Source of the DNA: Eubacteriales bacterium
GTDB lineage: Bacteria; Bacillota; Clostridia; Oscillospirales; CAG-382
NCBI GenBank assembly: GCA_045531135.1
Contig: JAZSDL010000026.1
Location: forward strand, 28,300-92,299
Length of the DNA: 64,000 nucleotides
Direction: 5' to 3'
Below the pieces are notes generated by a model, which was not told where the DNA came from, searched no databases, and saw only the letters and a program-made list of their open reading frames with translations. The position numbers were made by a program, and so were the translations under genes. Below are positions 38,629 through 46,979 of this stretch, in pieces (the stretch's first letter is position 1; each line of letters starts with the position of its first letter).

Positions 38629-38841
38629 TTATGCGATCACAAACAGAACATCGCCGGTATTAACCGAAGAACCCTTAGCGGCATCAACCGAAACAACCGT
38701 GCCGTCAACAGGAGCTACGATTTCGTTTTCCATCTTCATCGCCTCGAGAATGCAAAGGATATCGCCCTTCTTAACAGCATCTCCCTTAGAAACCTTAACG
38801 TCAAGAACGTTACCGGGGAGAGGTGCGTTAACCTTTTCTCC
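38629..38841 (-). repeat. biotinyl-domain coding repeat, copy 2
   Basis: The C-terminal 70 aa ([18 protein letters not shown]...[10 protein letters not shown]...SSVNTGDVLFVIA) is a tandem paralog of 38175..38387, offset by 454 bp. Confidence 0.8.
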
Positions 38842-39312
38842 GTCTGCAGAGACATTAGTAGATGCGGCAGAAGCGCTCGTTTCCTCTTTAACAGGAGCAG
38901 GCGCAGGTGCGGCAACGGGAGCCGGTGTGGCGGGAACCGCAGTTGTCGCAGAACCGATAGGCGCTATAGAGATAACATTAAAATCAACGTTGCTCTTTCC
39001 GCGAGCAGCGGCAATGGCAGCAGTAGCTATAGCAACAATCTTTTCCTCCTCAGAAGCAGAAACGTTTGTCGCAGTTGTTGCTGTGGAGGCAACCGAAGCT
39101 GCAGGAGCAGATACTTCTACGTTTTTCGTTGCAGACTCGGGCTTTTTGCCAAAAAGCTTAAATATCTGAAGAATACCGATAAGTATCAACAGTACACCAA
39201 ATACAACACCCATACCGATTCCAACGACCTGAAGGCCGATAGAAACTCTTTCACCGATAGGAGAGTCGGGTGCAATGTGTTCGCCAAACTTTAAAAGTGT
39301 GGTGAAATTCAT
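38629..39312 (-). CDS. OadG-like membrane anchor fused to a biotinyl carrier domain
   Basis: The N-terminal TM segment GLQVVGIGMGVVFGVLLILIGILQIF resembles OadG gamma subunits. An Ala/Thr/Pro linker follows. The C-terminal biotinyl domain carries EAMKMENEI. Confidence 0.75.
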   Translation of the reverse strand: MNFTTLLKFGEHIAPDSPIGERVSIGLQVVGIGMGVVFGVLLILIGILQIFKLFGKKPESATKNVEVSAPAASVASTATTATNVSASEEEKIVAIATAAIAAARGKSNVDFNVISIAPIGSATTAVPATPAPVAAPAPAPVKEETSASAASTNVSADGEKVNAPLPGNVLDVKVSKGDAVKKGDILCILEAMKMENEIVAPVDGTVVSVDAAKGSSVNTGDVLFVIA

Positions 39313-39377
39313 AGACCGTACATCCTTTCTAAAGGAAGAAAAATCCCATTCTTCCCTATTATATTTATCTACAATAG

Positions 39378-39406
39378 ATAATACATCTTTTAATCTTGAA
39401 AATCAA
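39378..39406 (-). promoter_or_regulatory. candidate sigma-A promoter for the decarboxylase operon
   Basis: On the minus strand: TTGATT (39406-39401), 17 nt spacer, TATTAT (39383-39378). Confidence 0.5.
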
Positions 39407-39513
39407 GTTTTTTATACAAAAAATATCAAATCTGCATTTTGACCTACCATTACTCAATATATAGAACTTTTTTGTTTGTTTTGACAATAACCGCCAATAA
39501 ATATTGTTGTTAT

Positions 39514-39548
39514 AGCAAAACAAAAGGCGCCGTTCCTCACGGCGCCTC
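39514..39548 (-). terminator. rho-independent terminator of the solute-binding protein gene
   Basis: On the minus strand a 9-bp GC-rich stem AGGCGCCGT/ACGGCGCCT with a 5-nt loop, followed by TTTGTTTTG. Confidence 0.8.
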
Positions 39549-39559
39549 GGTATTATAAA

Positions 39560-41020
39560 TTATTCTGCGTAAAGCGATATTAAATCATCAATTTCTATCT
39601 GTGCCTTATCCTTCTTCGTGTCGATTGCAGACACAACGTCACTGCCGCGTGTCTTGGCAAGCTCCGAGAAAATATTACGCAATCCTCCAAACTCAAAGCA
39701 TTCGCCTATATCATACACGATATTCCCAAATATGATATCAAGCATTTCTTCACTCTCATCATCACGAAGATCGCGGTAGCGGAGGTTGACTTCATAATAT
39801 GCAGGAGTAAGATAGTTCTTTGCCCATGCCGAATATGCCTCGATCATATATGCAGAGAACTCGGGATCGGGTGCACAAAACGGGATAGCTATTCCGGCAG
39901 TCTGACCGGTACTCGAATAACTGTAATAAGTATCCTGAGTTTCGTCCATCAAAGGAATCGGAAGAACGCCGAATTCGATCTCGCTCAATCTTCTCATTTT
40001 TGTCGTTGCACTAAATACAGACGGTCTGAAAAGCGCACGTCCCGCATAGAAGATCTCAAACGATGTATCCCAGATAGGCGCCTCGCAATCCTCGGCAAAT
40101 ATCAGCCAATTCGCCTCCGCATATGTCTGAAGAACACGTTGAGCAATCGTAAGCGATCTTTCGGTTTCCCCTAAAGTAAGATACGGAAGATCGTCGCTGT
40201 CTTTTTTGCATATAGTTTCACCCGAGCCACCAAAGAATCTGATAGGATCTCCGTGCGCGGTCACCATACCGTAAATATTCTCTTTTGAATAAGAGCCGTC
40301 AGAGGTAGCAATAGATGCGGCGTCGGTAGCACATTCAATGAGCTTGTCAAACGTCCATTCTTTATCCCTGACAAGCTGATAAAAATCAAAATCAAAATAT
40401 TTACTTGCCATTTCCTTATTAAAGAGAACAGAGGGCGTATTTACCTTATTAAGAATTGTTATGTCACCTGTGGTAAAATACAGCTTATTGCCGATCGAAA
40501 ATGCATCGCTGCAATTCTTTTCATACCAAGGTGCTTCGGGGTCAAAGGTAGAAATCGAGGTCAGCTCGCAAAGATACTCCTGAGCCGCAAGTGTGGAAAG
40601 GAAAGGCAAATTGGGCATTATAGCATCATAGGAGCCGAGATATGCCTGACAGTCGTTAAGAATATCATCGTTGATAGTGTCGCTCTTAATAACATTAAGC
40701 TTAACGTTATACAGCTCCTCTACCTTATCGTTTCTCCTTTTAACCGCCTCTTCAATCAAATCACCGTACATTTCGCTTTCAAGAGTGAAGTCATCCGACT
40801 GATAAGTACCGCTGATGGATCCTTTAACAATAATGGTAAAAGTTCTTCCGTCGAGATCCTTCACCTCGTGACGAGGAACGTAATTACCGTTTTCGTCAAT
40901 ATAAACGTCCTTTTCGGTTTCACCGACAGAGCCATCCGAGCTGCTCTCATCGGCAGAACACGCTGTTAAAGCGGTCAACGCAAGGACAAGTATCAAAAGA
41001 ATCGAAATATATCTTTTCAT
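39560..41020 (-). CDS. ABC transporter extracellular solute-binding lipoprotein (sugar-type), orphan
   Basis: Signal peptide plus lipobox LTALTACS. At 486 aa the size and composition are typical of large carbohydrate SBPs. No permease gene is adjacent. Confidence 0.75.
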   Translation of the reverse strand: MKRYISILLILVLALTALTACSADESSSDGSVGETEKDVYIDENGNYVPRHEVKDLDGRTFTIIVKGSISGTYQSDDFTLESEMYGDLIEEAVKRRNDKVEELYNVKLNVIKSDTINDDILNDCQAYLGSYDAIMPNLPFLSTLAAQEYLCELTSISTFDPEAPWYEKNCSDAFSIGNKLYFTTGDITILNKVNTPSVLFNKEMASKYFDFDFYQLVRDKEWTFDKLIECATDAASIATSDGSYSKENIYGMVTAHGDPIRFFGGSGETICKKDSDDLPYLTLGETERSLTIAQRVLQTYAEANWLIFAEDCEAPIWDTSFEIFYAGRALFRPSVFSATTKMRRLSEIEFGVLPIPLMDETQDTYYSYSSTGQTAGIAIPFCAPDPEFSAYMIEAYSAWAKNYLTPAYYEVNLRYRDLRDDESEEMLDIIFGNIVYDIGECFEFGGLRNIFSELAKTRGSDVVSAIDTKKDKAQIEIDDLISLYAE

Positions 41021-41100
41021 AACACCTCTCGTATTTTAACCGTGTCAAATAAATTAAAAAGAAATATACTAACATCAAGACATCAAGACATCAAAACAGA

Positions 41101-41892
41101 TCAGCCGAGTTTGATATCAAGCTTTTCGAGTTTGCTCTTTAAGAACCCAACCGCCATGCCGATATCGCTTGCAGGATCATCGCCCACTTCACGCTCAATG
41201 GTAAGATAGCCGTTGTAGCCGATATCATTAAGAGCCGCAATATACTTATCAAAATCAACACCGCCTGTTCCGAGAGGAACCTCCAGCCATGAAGCATCGG
41301 GACGTCTGATTCCATCCTTAGCATGTGTGTGAACTATGTAATCACGCAATGTATAAACACCCGCAACCGGATCATCATCCGCAACCATAACGAGATTTGC
41401 AGGATCATAATTCACGCGAAGGCCTTTTGCACCGAGAGAATCGAGAAAAGACTTCATAACAGCCGCTTTTTCGGTACCTGTCTCTGCCGCAAATACCGAA
41501 CCTATGCTATCGGCATATTCCGCAAGTTTTTGCGCATTCTTTCTTAATTTTTCCATACGAGCATCATCGGTTTCATAAATATGACCGATGTGTGTTGTTA
41601 CGATGTGACAATCAAGTTCTTTGGCCTTGTCAAGCACACGCATAGAATCCTCAATAACGCTGTCGTCGTTGTCGAGATCCTTTCCGAAATCGCCGCAGAT
41701 AGCCGAAAAAACAAGACCGTTAGAAGACATAATGTCTTTAATTTCCTTGATACGCGATGCAGTAAGCGATGCAGCCGAAAAATTGCCATAGGTCATATAC
41801 TTCTGTACGCCGGTTACACCGAGCTTGTTGGCGGCTTTAATGCTTTCCTCAAAGCCAAGACGAAGAGAATCCGAAATCAGACCGATTTTCAT
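41101..41892 (-). CDS. sugar phosphate isomerase/epimerase (xylose isomerase-like TIM barrel)
   Basis: 263 aa. Sequence elements are VTTHIGH, AAETGTE, NYDPANLV, HAKDG and LTIERE. Confidence 0.85.
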   Translation of the reverse strand: MKIGLISDSLRLGFEESIKAANKLGVTGVQKYMTYGNFSAASLTASRIKEIKDIMSSNGLVFSAICGDFGKDLDNDDSVIEDSMRVLDKAKELDCHIVTTHIGHIYETDDARMEKLRKNAQKLAEYADSIGSVFAAETGTEKAAVMKSFLDSLGAKGLRVNYDPANLVMVADDDPVAGVYTLRDYIVHTHAKDGIRRPDASWLEVPLGTGGVDFDKYIAALNDIGYNGYLTIEREVGDDPASDIGMAVGFLKSKLEKLDIKLG

Positions 41893-41927
41893 AATGAAAC
41901 ACCTCTCATGTTTGATTTTATAAAAAA

Positions 41928-42509
41928 TTATTGTTCGTTAATAATAGAATCTATCGGCAAGCCGAACGGCTCCATAAAATTGTCGAGAAAATAATCTGCC
42001 TCAGGACACTTCATATCCTTTATGGTAGTCAGCAAACGTTCGCCCGCAACATCAAATTCCCTGTTGCCGTAGTTATTTTCCTCGAGACACTTTATATACG
42101 CCGATAAACGATCTGCCGCCTTGATCAAAGCATGCTCTTCTTCATCACAATTAAACAGCTCGGCATATCGACCGCGGATATCGCAGGGCAACATCCCCAT
42201 CAGCTTTTCAAGAGAAGCTGCTTCGACAGCAGAATATGAATTTCTCGTTTCCTCGCTGAAATACTTAACGGGTGTCGGAATATCGCCCGTAAAAATCTCG
42301 GGAACGTCATGATACATCGCTTTTACGGCAATCCTATCGCAATTATAGTTTTTATCAAAATGCGTATTGCCTATAAATGCCAGCGAATGAGCCAAAAAAG
42401 CAACCTCTACCGAATGTGCCGAGAGATAATCGGGTATCAAAGAATGCATGATACCCCAACGCTTTATATGCTTCATACGAAACAGCATTGCAAAAAATCC
42501 GTTTTCCAC
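41928..42509 (-). CDS. YfbR-like HD-domain 5'-deoxynucleotidase
   Basis: FFAMLFRMKHIKRWG, SAHSVEVAFLAHSLA and MYHDVPEIFTGDIPTP (the HD motif). The start is assigned to GTG 42509, 5 nt after GGAGG. Confidence 0.8.
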   Translation of the reverse strand: MENGFFAMLFRMKHIKRWGIMHSLIPDYLSAHSVEVAFLAHSLAFIGNTHFDKNYNCDRIAVKAMYHDVPEIFTGDIPTPVKYFSEETRNSYSAVEAASLEKLMGMLPCDIRGRYAELFNCDEEEHALIKAADRLSAYIKCLEENNYGNREFDVAGERLLTTIKDMKCPEADYFLDNFMEPFGLPIDSIINEQ

Positions 42510-42617
42510 CAATGCCTCCAAAATTAATATCTTATATGTATTGTAACATAATTCATCTTTAATGCAAGTCTTTTTGTCAATTTTTCGAACAATAAAAAAA
42601 TAATACCGTAAATCATA

Positions 42618-42645
42618 TTGAAAATACTTTCAAAAATGTTATAAT
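42618..42645 (+). promoter_or_regulatory. candidate sigma-A promoter for dapF (would give a near-leaderless transcript)
   Basis: TTGAAA (42618-42623), 16 nt spacer, TATAAT (42640-42645). The -10 element ends only 10-13 nt before the dapF ATGs and abuts the apparent GAGGTG. Confidence 0.4.
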
Positions 42646-42658
42646 GAGGTGATAGATG

Positions 42659-43432
42659 ATGCGATTTCATAAAATGCATTCTATGGGAAATGATTTTGTC
42701 GTATTCGGAAGCCCTTACAATACAGCGCTCCCGGATAAGAATGTATTGACACATCTATGCGACCGTAGATGCGGAATCGGTGCAGATTGCGCGATATACA
42801 TCGGAAAATCCAAGCAATTTGATTATTTTATGCACGTCTATAATCCCGACGGGTTCGAAGCGGAAATATGCGGCAACGCACTCAAATGCTCAGCAAAATA
42901 TGTATTCGACCGCGGTTATTACAAGCGCAATCACTTGTTTGCAGAGACGTTATCGGGAACGCGCAGGTTATCCGTATTAAACGATTCGGTGCATGCCGAA
43001 ATAGGCAAACCGTATATCTTACAGCAAGGAACTTTGGATATTTGCGGTATACCTCTTCCCTTTGCTTCGGTTTCTGTGGGCAATCCTCATTGTGTGGTAT
43101 TTGTATCCAAATTGACCGATGATCAGTTTTATACTTTAGCACCTTCTATCGAAAATCATCCCTCGTTCCCGAACGGCACAAACGTCGAGTTTGCAAATAT
43201 CATTAACGAAAATAATATCGAAATGCGAGTATGGGAACGCGGAATAGGCGAAACACTTTCGTGTATAACGGGAAGCTGTGCCTGCGTTGCCGCCGCAAAT
43301 GCATTGGCGCCCTGCGGCTGTAAAGTATCGGTACACCAACGTGGCGGAATCGCAGAAATCACAATAGACAAAAACGGCAATATGTTTAATAACGGTAAAG
43401 TATCAACGGTTTTTACAGGTACTATCAACTAA
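42659..43432 (+). CDS. dapF: diaminopimelate epimerase
   Basis: FHKMHSMGNDFVVF. The first catalytic Cys is in EICGNALKC, with GNPHCVVF further on, and the second catalytic Cys is in GETLSCITGSCA. ATG 42656 is an alternative start. Confidence 0.9.
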   Translation: MRFHKMHSMGNDFVVFGSPYNTALPDKNVLTHLCDRRCGIGADCAIYIGKSKQFDYFMHVYNPDGFEAEICGNALKCSAKYVFDRGYYKRNHLFAETLSGTRRLSVLNDSVHAEIGKPYILQQGTLDICGIPLPFASVSVGNPHCVVFVSKLTDDQFYTLAPSIENHPSFPNGTNVEFANIINENNIEMRVWERGIGETLSCITGSCACVAAANALAPCGCKVSVHQRGGIAEITIDKNGNMFNNGKVSTVFTGTIN

Positions 43433-43447
43433 GAAAGAAGATTAATC

Positions 43448-44926
43448 ATGAAACTCAAAGAAATACTCAAAGACATCAAGTTCGAATGTAATTCCTTTAA
43501 CGAAAATATTGATATCAATGATATAATCTATGATTCACGAAAAGCGGATACGGGCCTGTTGTTTGTTTGCATAACCGGTTTTGTGAGTGACGGTCACAAT
43601 TACGCAAAAGACGTATATTCAAGTGGTGTTCGTGTTTTCGCAGCCGAAAAGCATCTGGATCTGCCCGATGATGCGATCATTTTGTATGTTGAAAACACTC
43701 GGCGTTTCCTTGCTCTTGCAAGCGCTAATCTTTTCGGAAGACCTGCAGAAAAATTAAACACCATTGCCATAACAGGAACCAAGGGAAAAACAAGTATTTC
43801 TTTTATGCTTAAAAGTATATACGAATCCGCCGGTCACAAGGTCGGCGTTATCGGATCGACCGGCATTTACATCGGAGATGAATTCTACGATACTGCGAAC
43901 TCCACGCCCGAATCCTATCTGATACATAAGTTCTATAAGAAAATGCTCGACAGCGGCTGCGATACCGCCGTTATCGAGGCGACCTCTCAGGGCTTTAAGC
44001 TGGACAGAACCTATGGGATAAATTTCAAAAAAGCAATTTTCGCAAATCTTTCCCCGGATCATATCGGTGAAAACGAGCACAAAGATTTTGAGGAATATCT
44101 TAACTGTAAAAAATGCATTTTCAAGCAGTGCGACAAAGCGGTTATCAACCAAGACAGCGAGCATTATGACGAGATAACCAAGGATATCGATTGCGATTTT
44201 GTAACCGTCGGCGAGGACGAGAGTTCTTATATTTCGTTCAGCGATACGTTTTTTGCCGTAGAAGATTCAAAGCTCAAAACCGCTTTTGTTTGCAAAGAAA
44301 ACGGCATGCAAAATAAGATCGAGTTAAATACCCCGGGATACTTTTCGCTTTACAACGCCTGCCTTGCAATAGCAACGGCGCGCCTTGATGATATCGATTA
44401 TAAATGTATACAGCTCGGTCTTGCCTCTGCTTTTGTAAAGGGCAGAATGGAGATCGTTCCTACAGACACCGATTTCACGGTAATAATAGATTTTGCACAT
44501 AACGAATTCAGCGTGAAAACACTTTTTGAAACCATGAAGCTATATAACCCTCCCCGGATAATTTCGGTATTCGGCTGCGGAGGAAATAGGAGCAAGCTCC
44601 GCCGTTACGGCATGGGCGAGGTAATAGGTGCAAATTCCGACTTATCGGTTATAACGTCCGACAATTCGCGTTTTGAAAAGGTAGAGGATATAATAAACGA
44701 TATTCTTATCGGCATGCACAAAACCGACGGTAAGTATGTTATTATCCATAATCGCAAGGATGCAATAAAAAATGCCCTTCGCTCAGCGCAAAAGGGCGAC
44801 GTAATATTGCTTATCGGCAAGGGACACGAAACGTACGAGGAAATTGAGGGCGTTAAGTACCCGTTCGATGAACGCGAGGTAGTTTACAATGCACTCAGCG
44901 AACTTCGGCAACAAGGCGATTTATAA
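43448..44926 (+). CDS. murE: UDP-N-acetylmuramoyl-L-alanyl-D-glutamate--2,6-diaminopimelate ligase
   Basis: ITGTKGKTS is the P-loop. Other Mur ligase motifs are EATSQG and DFAHNEF. The DAP-specific DNSR motif appears as TSDNSRFE. Confidence 0.93.
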   Translation: MKLKEILKDIKFECNSFNENIDINDIIYDSRKADTGLLFVCITGFVSDGHNYAKDVYSSGVRVFAAEKHLDLPDDAIILYVENTRRFLALASANLFGRPAEKLNTIAITGTKGKTSISFMLKSIYESAGHKVGVIGSTGIYIGDEFYDTANSTPESYLIHKFYKKMLDSGCDTAVIEATSQGFKLDRTYGINFKKAIFANLSPDHIGENEHKDFEEYLNCKKCIFKQCDKAVINQDSEHYDEITKDIDCDFVTVGEDESSYISFSDTFFAVEDSKLKTAFVCKENGMQNKIELNTPGYFSLYNACLAIATARLDDIDYKCIQLGLASAFVKGRMEIVPTDTDFTVIIDFAHNEFSVKTLFETMKLYNPPRIISVFGCGGNRSKLRRYGMGEVIGANSDLSVITSDNSRFEKVEDIINDILIGMHKTDGKYVIIHNRKDAIKNALRSAQKGDVILLIGKGHETYEEIEGVKYPFDEREVVYNALSELRQQGDL

Positions 44927-45539
44927 GAAATCCCTTTGCGGAAAAGTTTTTTTCGTACTCGGTTTCGATATTATCCATTGAAAATATAGGATCATTGTGC
45001 AGATCAAAGCAAATATCCGATATTTTATAACCGCAGGCAACAAATCCTTCCAACGAATAATCGAACAAACCCTTATTATCGGTCTTAAAGAATATCTTGC
45101 CCTTCGGGGCAAGTATTTTTTTATATCTTTCCAAGAAAAGCGGACTTGTTAAACGGCGCTTCGCATTGCGCTTTTTAGGCCACGGATCGGAAAAATTTAG
45201 ATAAAGTCGCGAAACCGAGCCCTCGGGTATTATGTCAGCGATGTTCTCGGCATTGGCGTGCAAAAATCTTACGTTCTCTATTCCCTCTCTGTCAGCTTTT
45301 TCCATAGCCATCATCAAAACATCCGGAACAAGCTCTACGGCAAGGAGCTTATTACCGGGATATTGAGAAGCGAGACCTGTTATAAAAGCCCCTTTTCCGC
45401 ATCCGATTTCAAGAAACAGCTCACCCTCTGCATCAAAAGATGCCGAAATATCAACAACGTCATTTTCATCCATCGTAACAAAAAGCCGTTCGACCTTTTC
45501 CATACGTTTATCTCGATTTTTCTTCGGTCGCATTCTCAT
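44895..45539 (-). CDS. trmB: tRNA (guanine46-N7)-methyltransferase
   Basis: LEIGCGKGAF is the SAM motif, followed by FSDPWPKKR. The start was moved to ATG 45539, which follows GAGGT. The 3' end overlaps the murE 3' end by 32 nt (convergent). Confidence 0.9.
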   Translation of the reverse strand: MRMRPKKNRDKRMEKVERLFVTMDENDVVDISASFDAEGELFLEIGCGKGAFITGLASQYPGNKLLAVELVPDVLMMAMEKADREGIENVRFLHANAENIADIIPEGSVSRLYLNFSDPWPKKRNAKRRLTSPLFLERYKKILAPKGKIFFKTDNKGLFDYSLEGFVACGYKISDICFDLHNDPIFSMDNIETEYEKNFSAKGFLINRLVAEVR

Positions 45540-45652
45540 ATTAAATACCTCGTTTTTTCTTTTAAACAATAATATAATAACCATTATTTTCAACAAAGTC
45601 AATGAATATTTATTTTTAAAAAGCACAAAATATCTTCGAGGAGGATGAAAAA

Positions 45653-45868
45653 ATGATACTTGACAGAATAGCATTATTTCTATGTATTGTCGGCGCTGTC
45701 AACTGGGGTTCGATAGGACTTTTCCAATTTGATATCGTTGCATGGATATTCGGCGGTCAAGGCGATATCGTAAGCAGAATCGTTTATACGCTTGTTGCAA
45801 TAAGCGGTCTTTGGCTTACGACTCTCTTCTTCAGAAGCAGAGAAACCGCAGCCGCTTTGGAATCTTAA
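45653..45868 (+). CDS. DUF378 family small membrane protein
   Basis: 71 aa, reading IALFLCIVGAVNWGSIGLFQFDIVAWIFGG. A GAGGAGG RBS precedes the start. Confidence 0.8.
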   Translation: MILDRIALFLCIVGAVNWGSIGLFQFDIVAWIFGGQGDIVSRIVYTLVAISGLWLTTLFFRSRETAAALES

Positions 45869-45881
45869 CAAATAAACAGAT

Positions 45882-45913
45882 ATCGCTCCCTAAAACAGGG
45901 AGCGATGTTTTTC
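45882..45913 (+). terminator. rho-independent terminator
   Basis: A 9-bp stem ATCGCTCCC/GGGAGCGAT with loop TAAAACA, followed by GTTTTT. Confidence 0.85.
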
Positions 45914-46032
45914 TATCTCATATGAAATCCTGTTATTATGCCAAGTGTTCGTTTTCATCAGCTTTTTCAATCAAGCATTAAGCTCCATACGCAGACAAAT
46001 GATTTTCTCATTCATTAATCACACCACTATTA

Positions 46033-46215
46033 TCAATTATCGTTTTCGTAATAATATATACATTGCTTCAAACATTCGCCGCAGTTAGTACAGTTTTGAT
46101 CAACAACAGGAGACGGAAATCTTTTGCTGTTTTTAACGAACGTAATATGTTCACATTTACATGCGTTGCAGCCAACACACAAACCTTGTTCAACAACTTT
46201 CATTACGTTATTCAT
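46033..46215 (-). CDS. small Cys-rich 4Fe-4S ferredoxin-like protein
   Basis: 60 aa with CVGCNACKC and CTNCGECLKQC motifs. ATG 46215 overlaps the upstream stop (ATGAATAA) and lies 8 nt after GAGGA. Confidence 0.55.
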   Translation of the reverse strand: MNNVMKVVEQGLCVGCNACKCEHITFVKNSKRFPSPVVDQNCTNCGECLKQCIYYYENDN

Positions 46216-46495
46216 TGCCGGTTTCCTCAATCAACAAATCTCTAAGATTCTGAATTTCTATACCATTACCCTCGGGATTTTCGCTCTTCCCAATGTCAAT
46301 AAGCTGTTCACAAGGGAAATTCTCGCATTGTCCGCAATGTTTTAGTCCTTGTTTGGCGGCGCAGTCATATGTATCACAAGTACCGCCCCATACGCACTTG
46401 CCTTGCGGTGCAACAATTCTGCAACCATCACATTTTTTGTCAAGCAAAAAAGAACATTTGGCGCAATCGATTCCGCATACAGATATATTTTTCAT
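46208..46495 (-). CDS. DUF3795 domain Cys-rich protein
   Basis: 95 aa, reading CGIDCAKCSFLLDKKCDGC...CDTYDCAAKQGLKHCGQCENFPCE. This is the typical DUF3795 cysteine pattern. Confidence 0.7.
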   Translation of the reverse strand: MKNISVCGIDCAKCSFLLDKKCDGCRIVAPQGKCVWGGTCDTYDCAAKQGLKHCGQCENFPCEQLIDIGKSENPEGNGIEIQNLRDLLIEETGNE

Positions 46496-46510
46496 TTATA
46501 CACTCCTAAT

Positions 46511-46966
46511 TTATATATTCATCATATTCCACTTATTATTTTCAAACCAATGATAGTTCTCAGAAAGATCATCGTTATCGAAAATTTCAAACATTCCGTC
46601 AAATCCATCAGCCAATTTATAGTTATTCAAATCTCCTTTATTAATCCAAAAAACCTCGCCCTCGGCAGAAGATTTTAATACACCGCCAAACGAATTTGTT
46701 TTGTAAAACAAAACGATATAACGGTATAATTTACATTTGTCAGTCCATTGTTTTATACCGCAAAGATGCACATTAAAAATTTCAAGTCCGGTTTCTTCCT
46801 TTACCTCACGTATTACAGATTCAACAAAAGATTCTCCTGATTCTACATGCCCACCGGGGAATGTGATACCGCCCCAGTCGGGATCATTACGATTCTGGAC
46901 AAGGATTTTGTCTCCGTCATAAACCATACACATATTGGTGAGTATACAATTTTCGTATCTGGACAT
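46511..46966 (-). CDS. NUDIX hydrolase
   Basis: The Nudix box is GGHVESGESFVESVIREVKEETGLEI. The start was moved to ATG 46966, downstream of the GNAT gene stop. Confidence 0.85.
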   Translation of the reverse strand: MSRYENCILTNMCMVYDGDKILVQNRNDPDWGGITFPGGHVESGESFVESVIREVKEETGLEIFNVHLCGIKQWTDKCKLYRYIVLFYKTNSFGGVLKSSAEGEVFWINKGDLNNYKLADGFDGMFEIFDNDDLSENYHWFENNKWNMMNI

Positions 46967-46979
46967 ATCTACACTTCCG

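Noticed and set aside
36076-39169. Antisense ORFs within the decarboxylase cluster (36076-36852, 38203-38490, 38699-39169), including Ala/Gly-rich translations.
   Set aside because: They mirror the real genes. The Ala/Gly-rich strings are simply the reverse complement of the Ala/Pro linker codons of the biotin carriers. They have no RBS or independent support.
39313-39377. The hairpin GGAAGAA-TGGGATTT-TTCTTCC in the 5' UTR of the decarboxylase operon, considered as a possible attenuator.
   Set aside because: It has only a 7-bp stem followed by three U residues, and no alternative antiterminator pairing is evident. The evidence is insufficient to call it a regulatory element.
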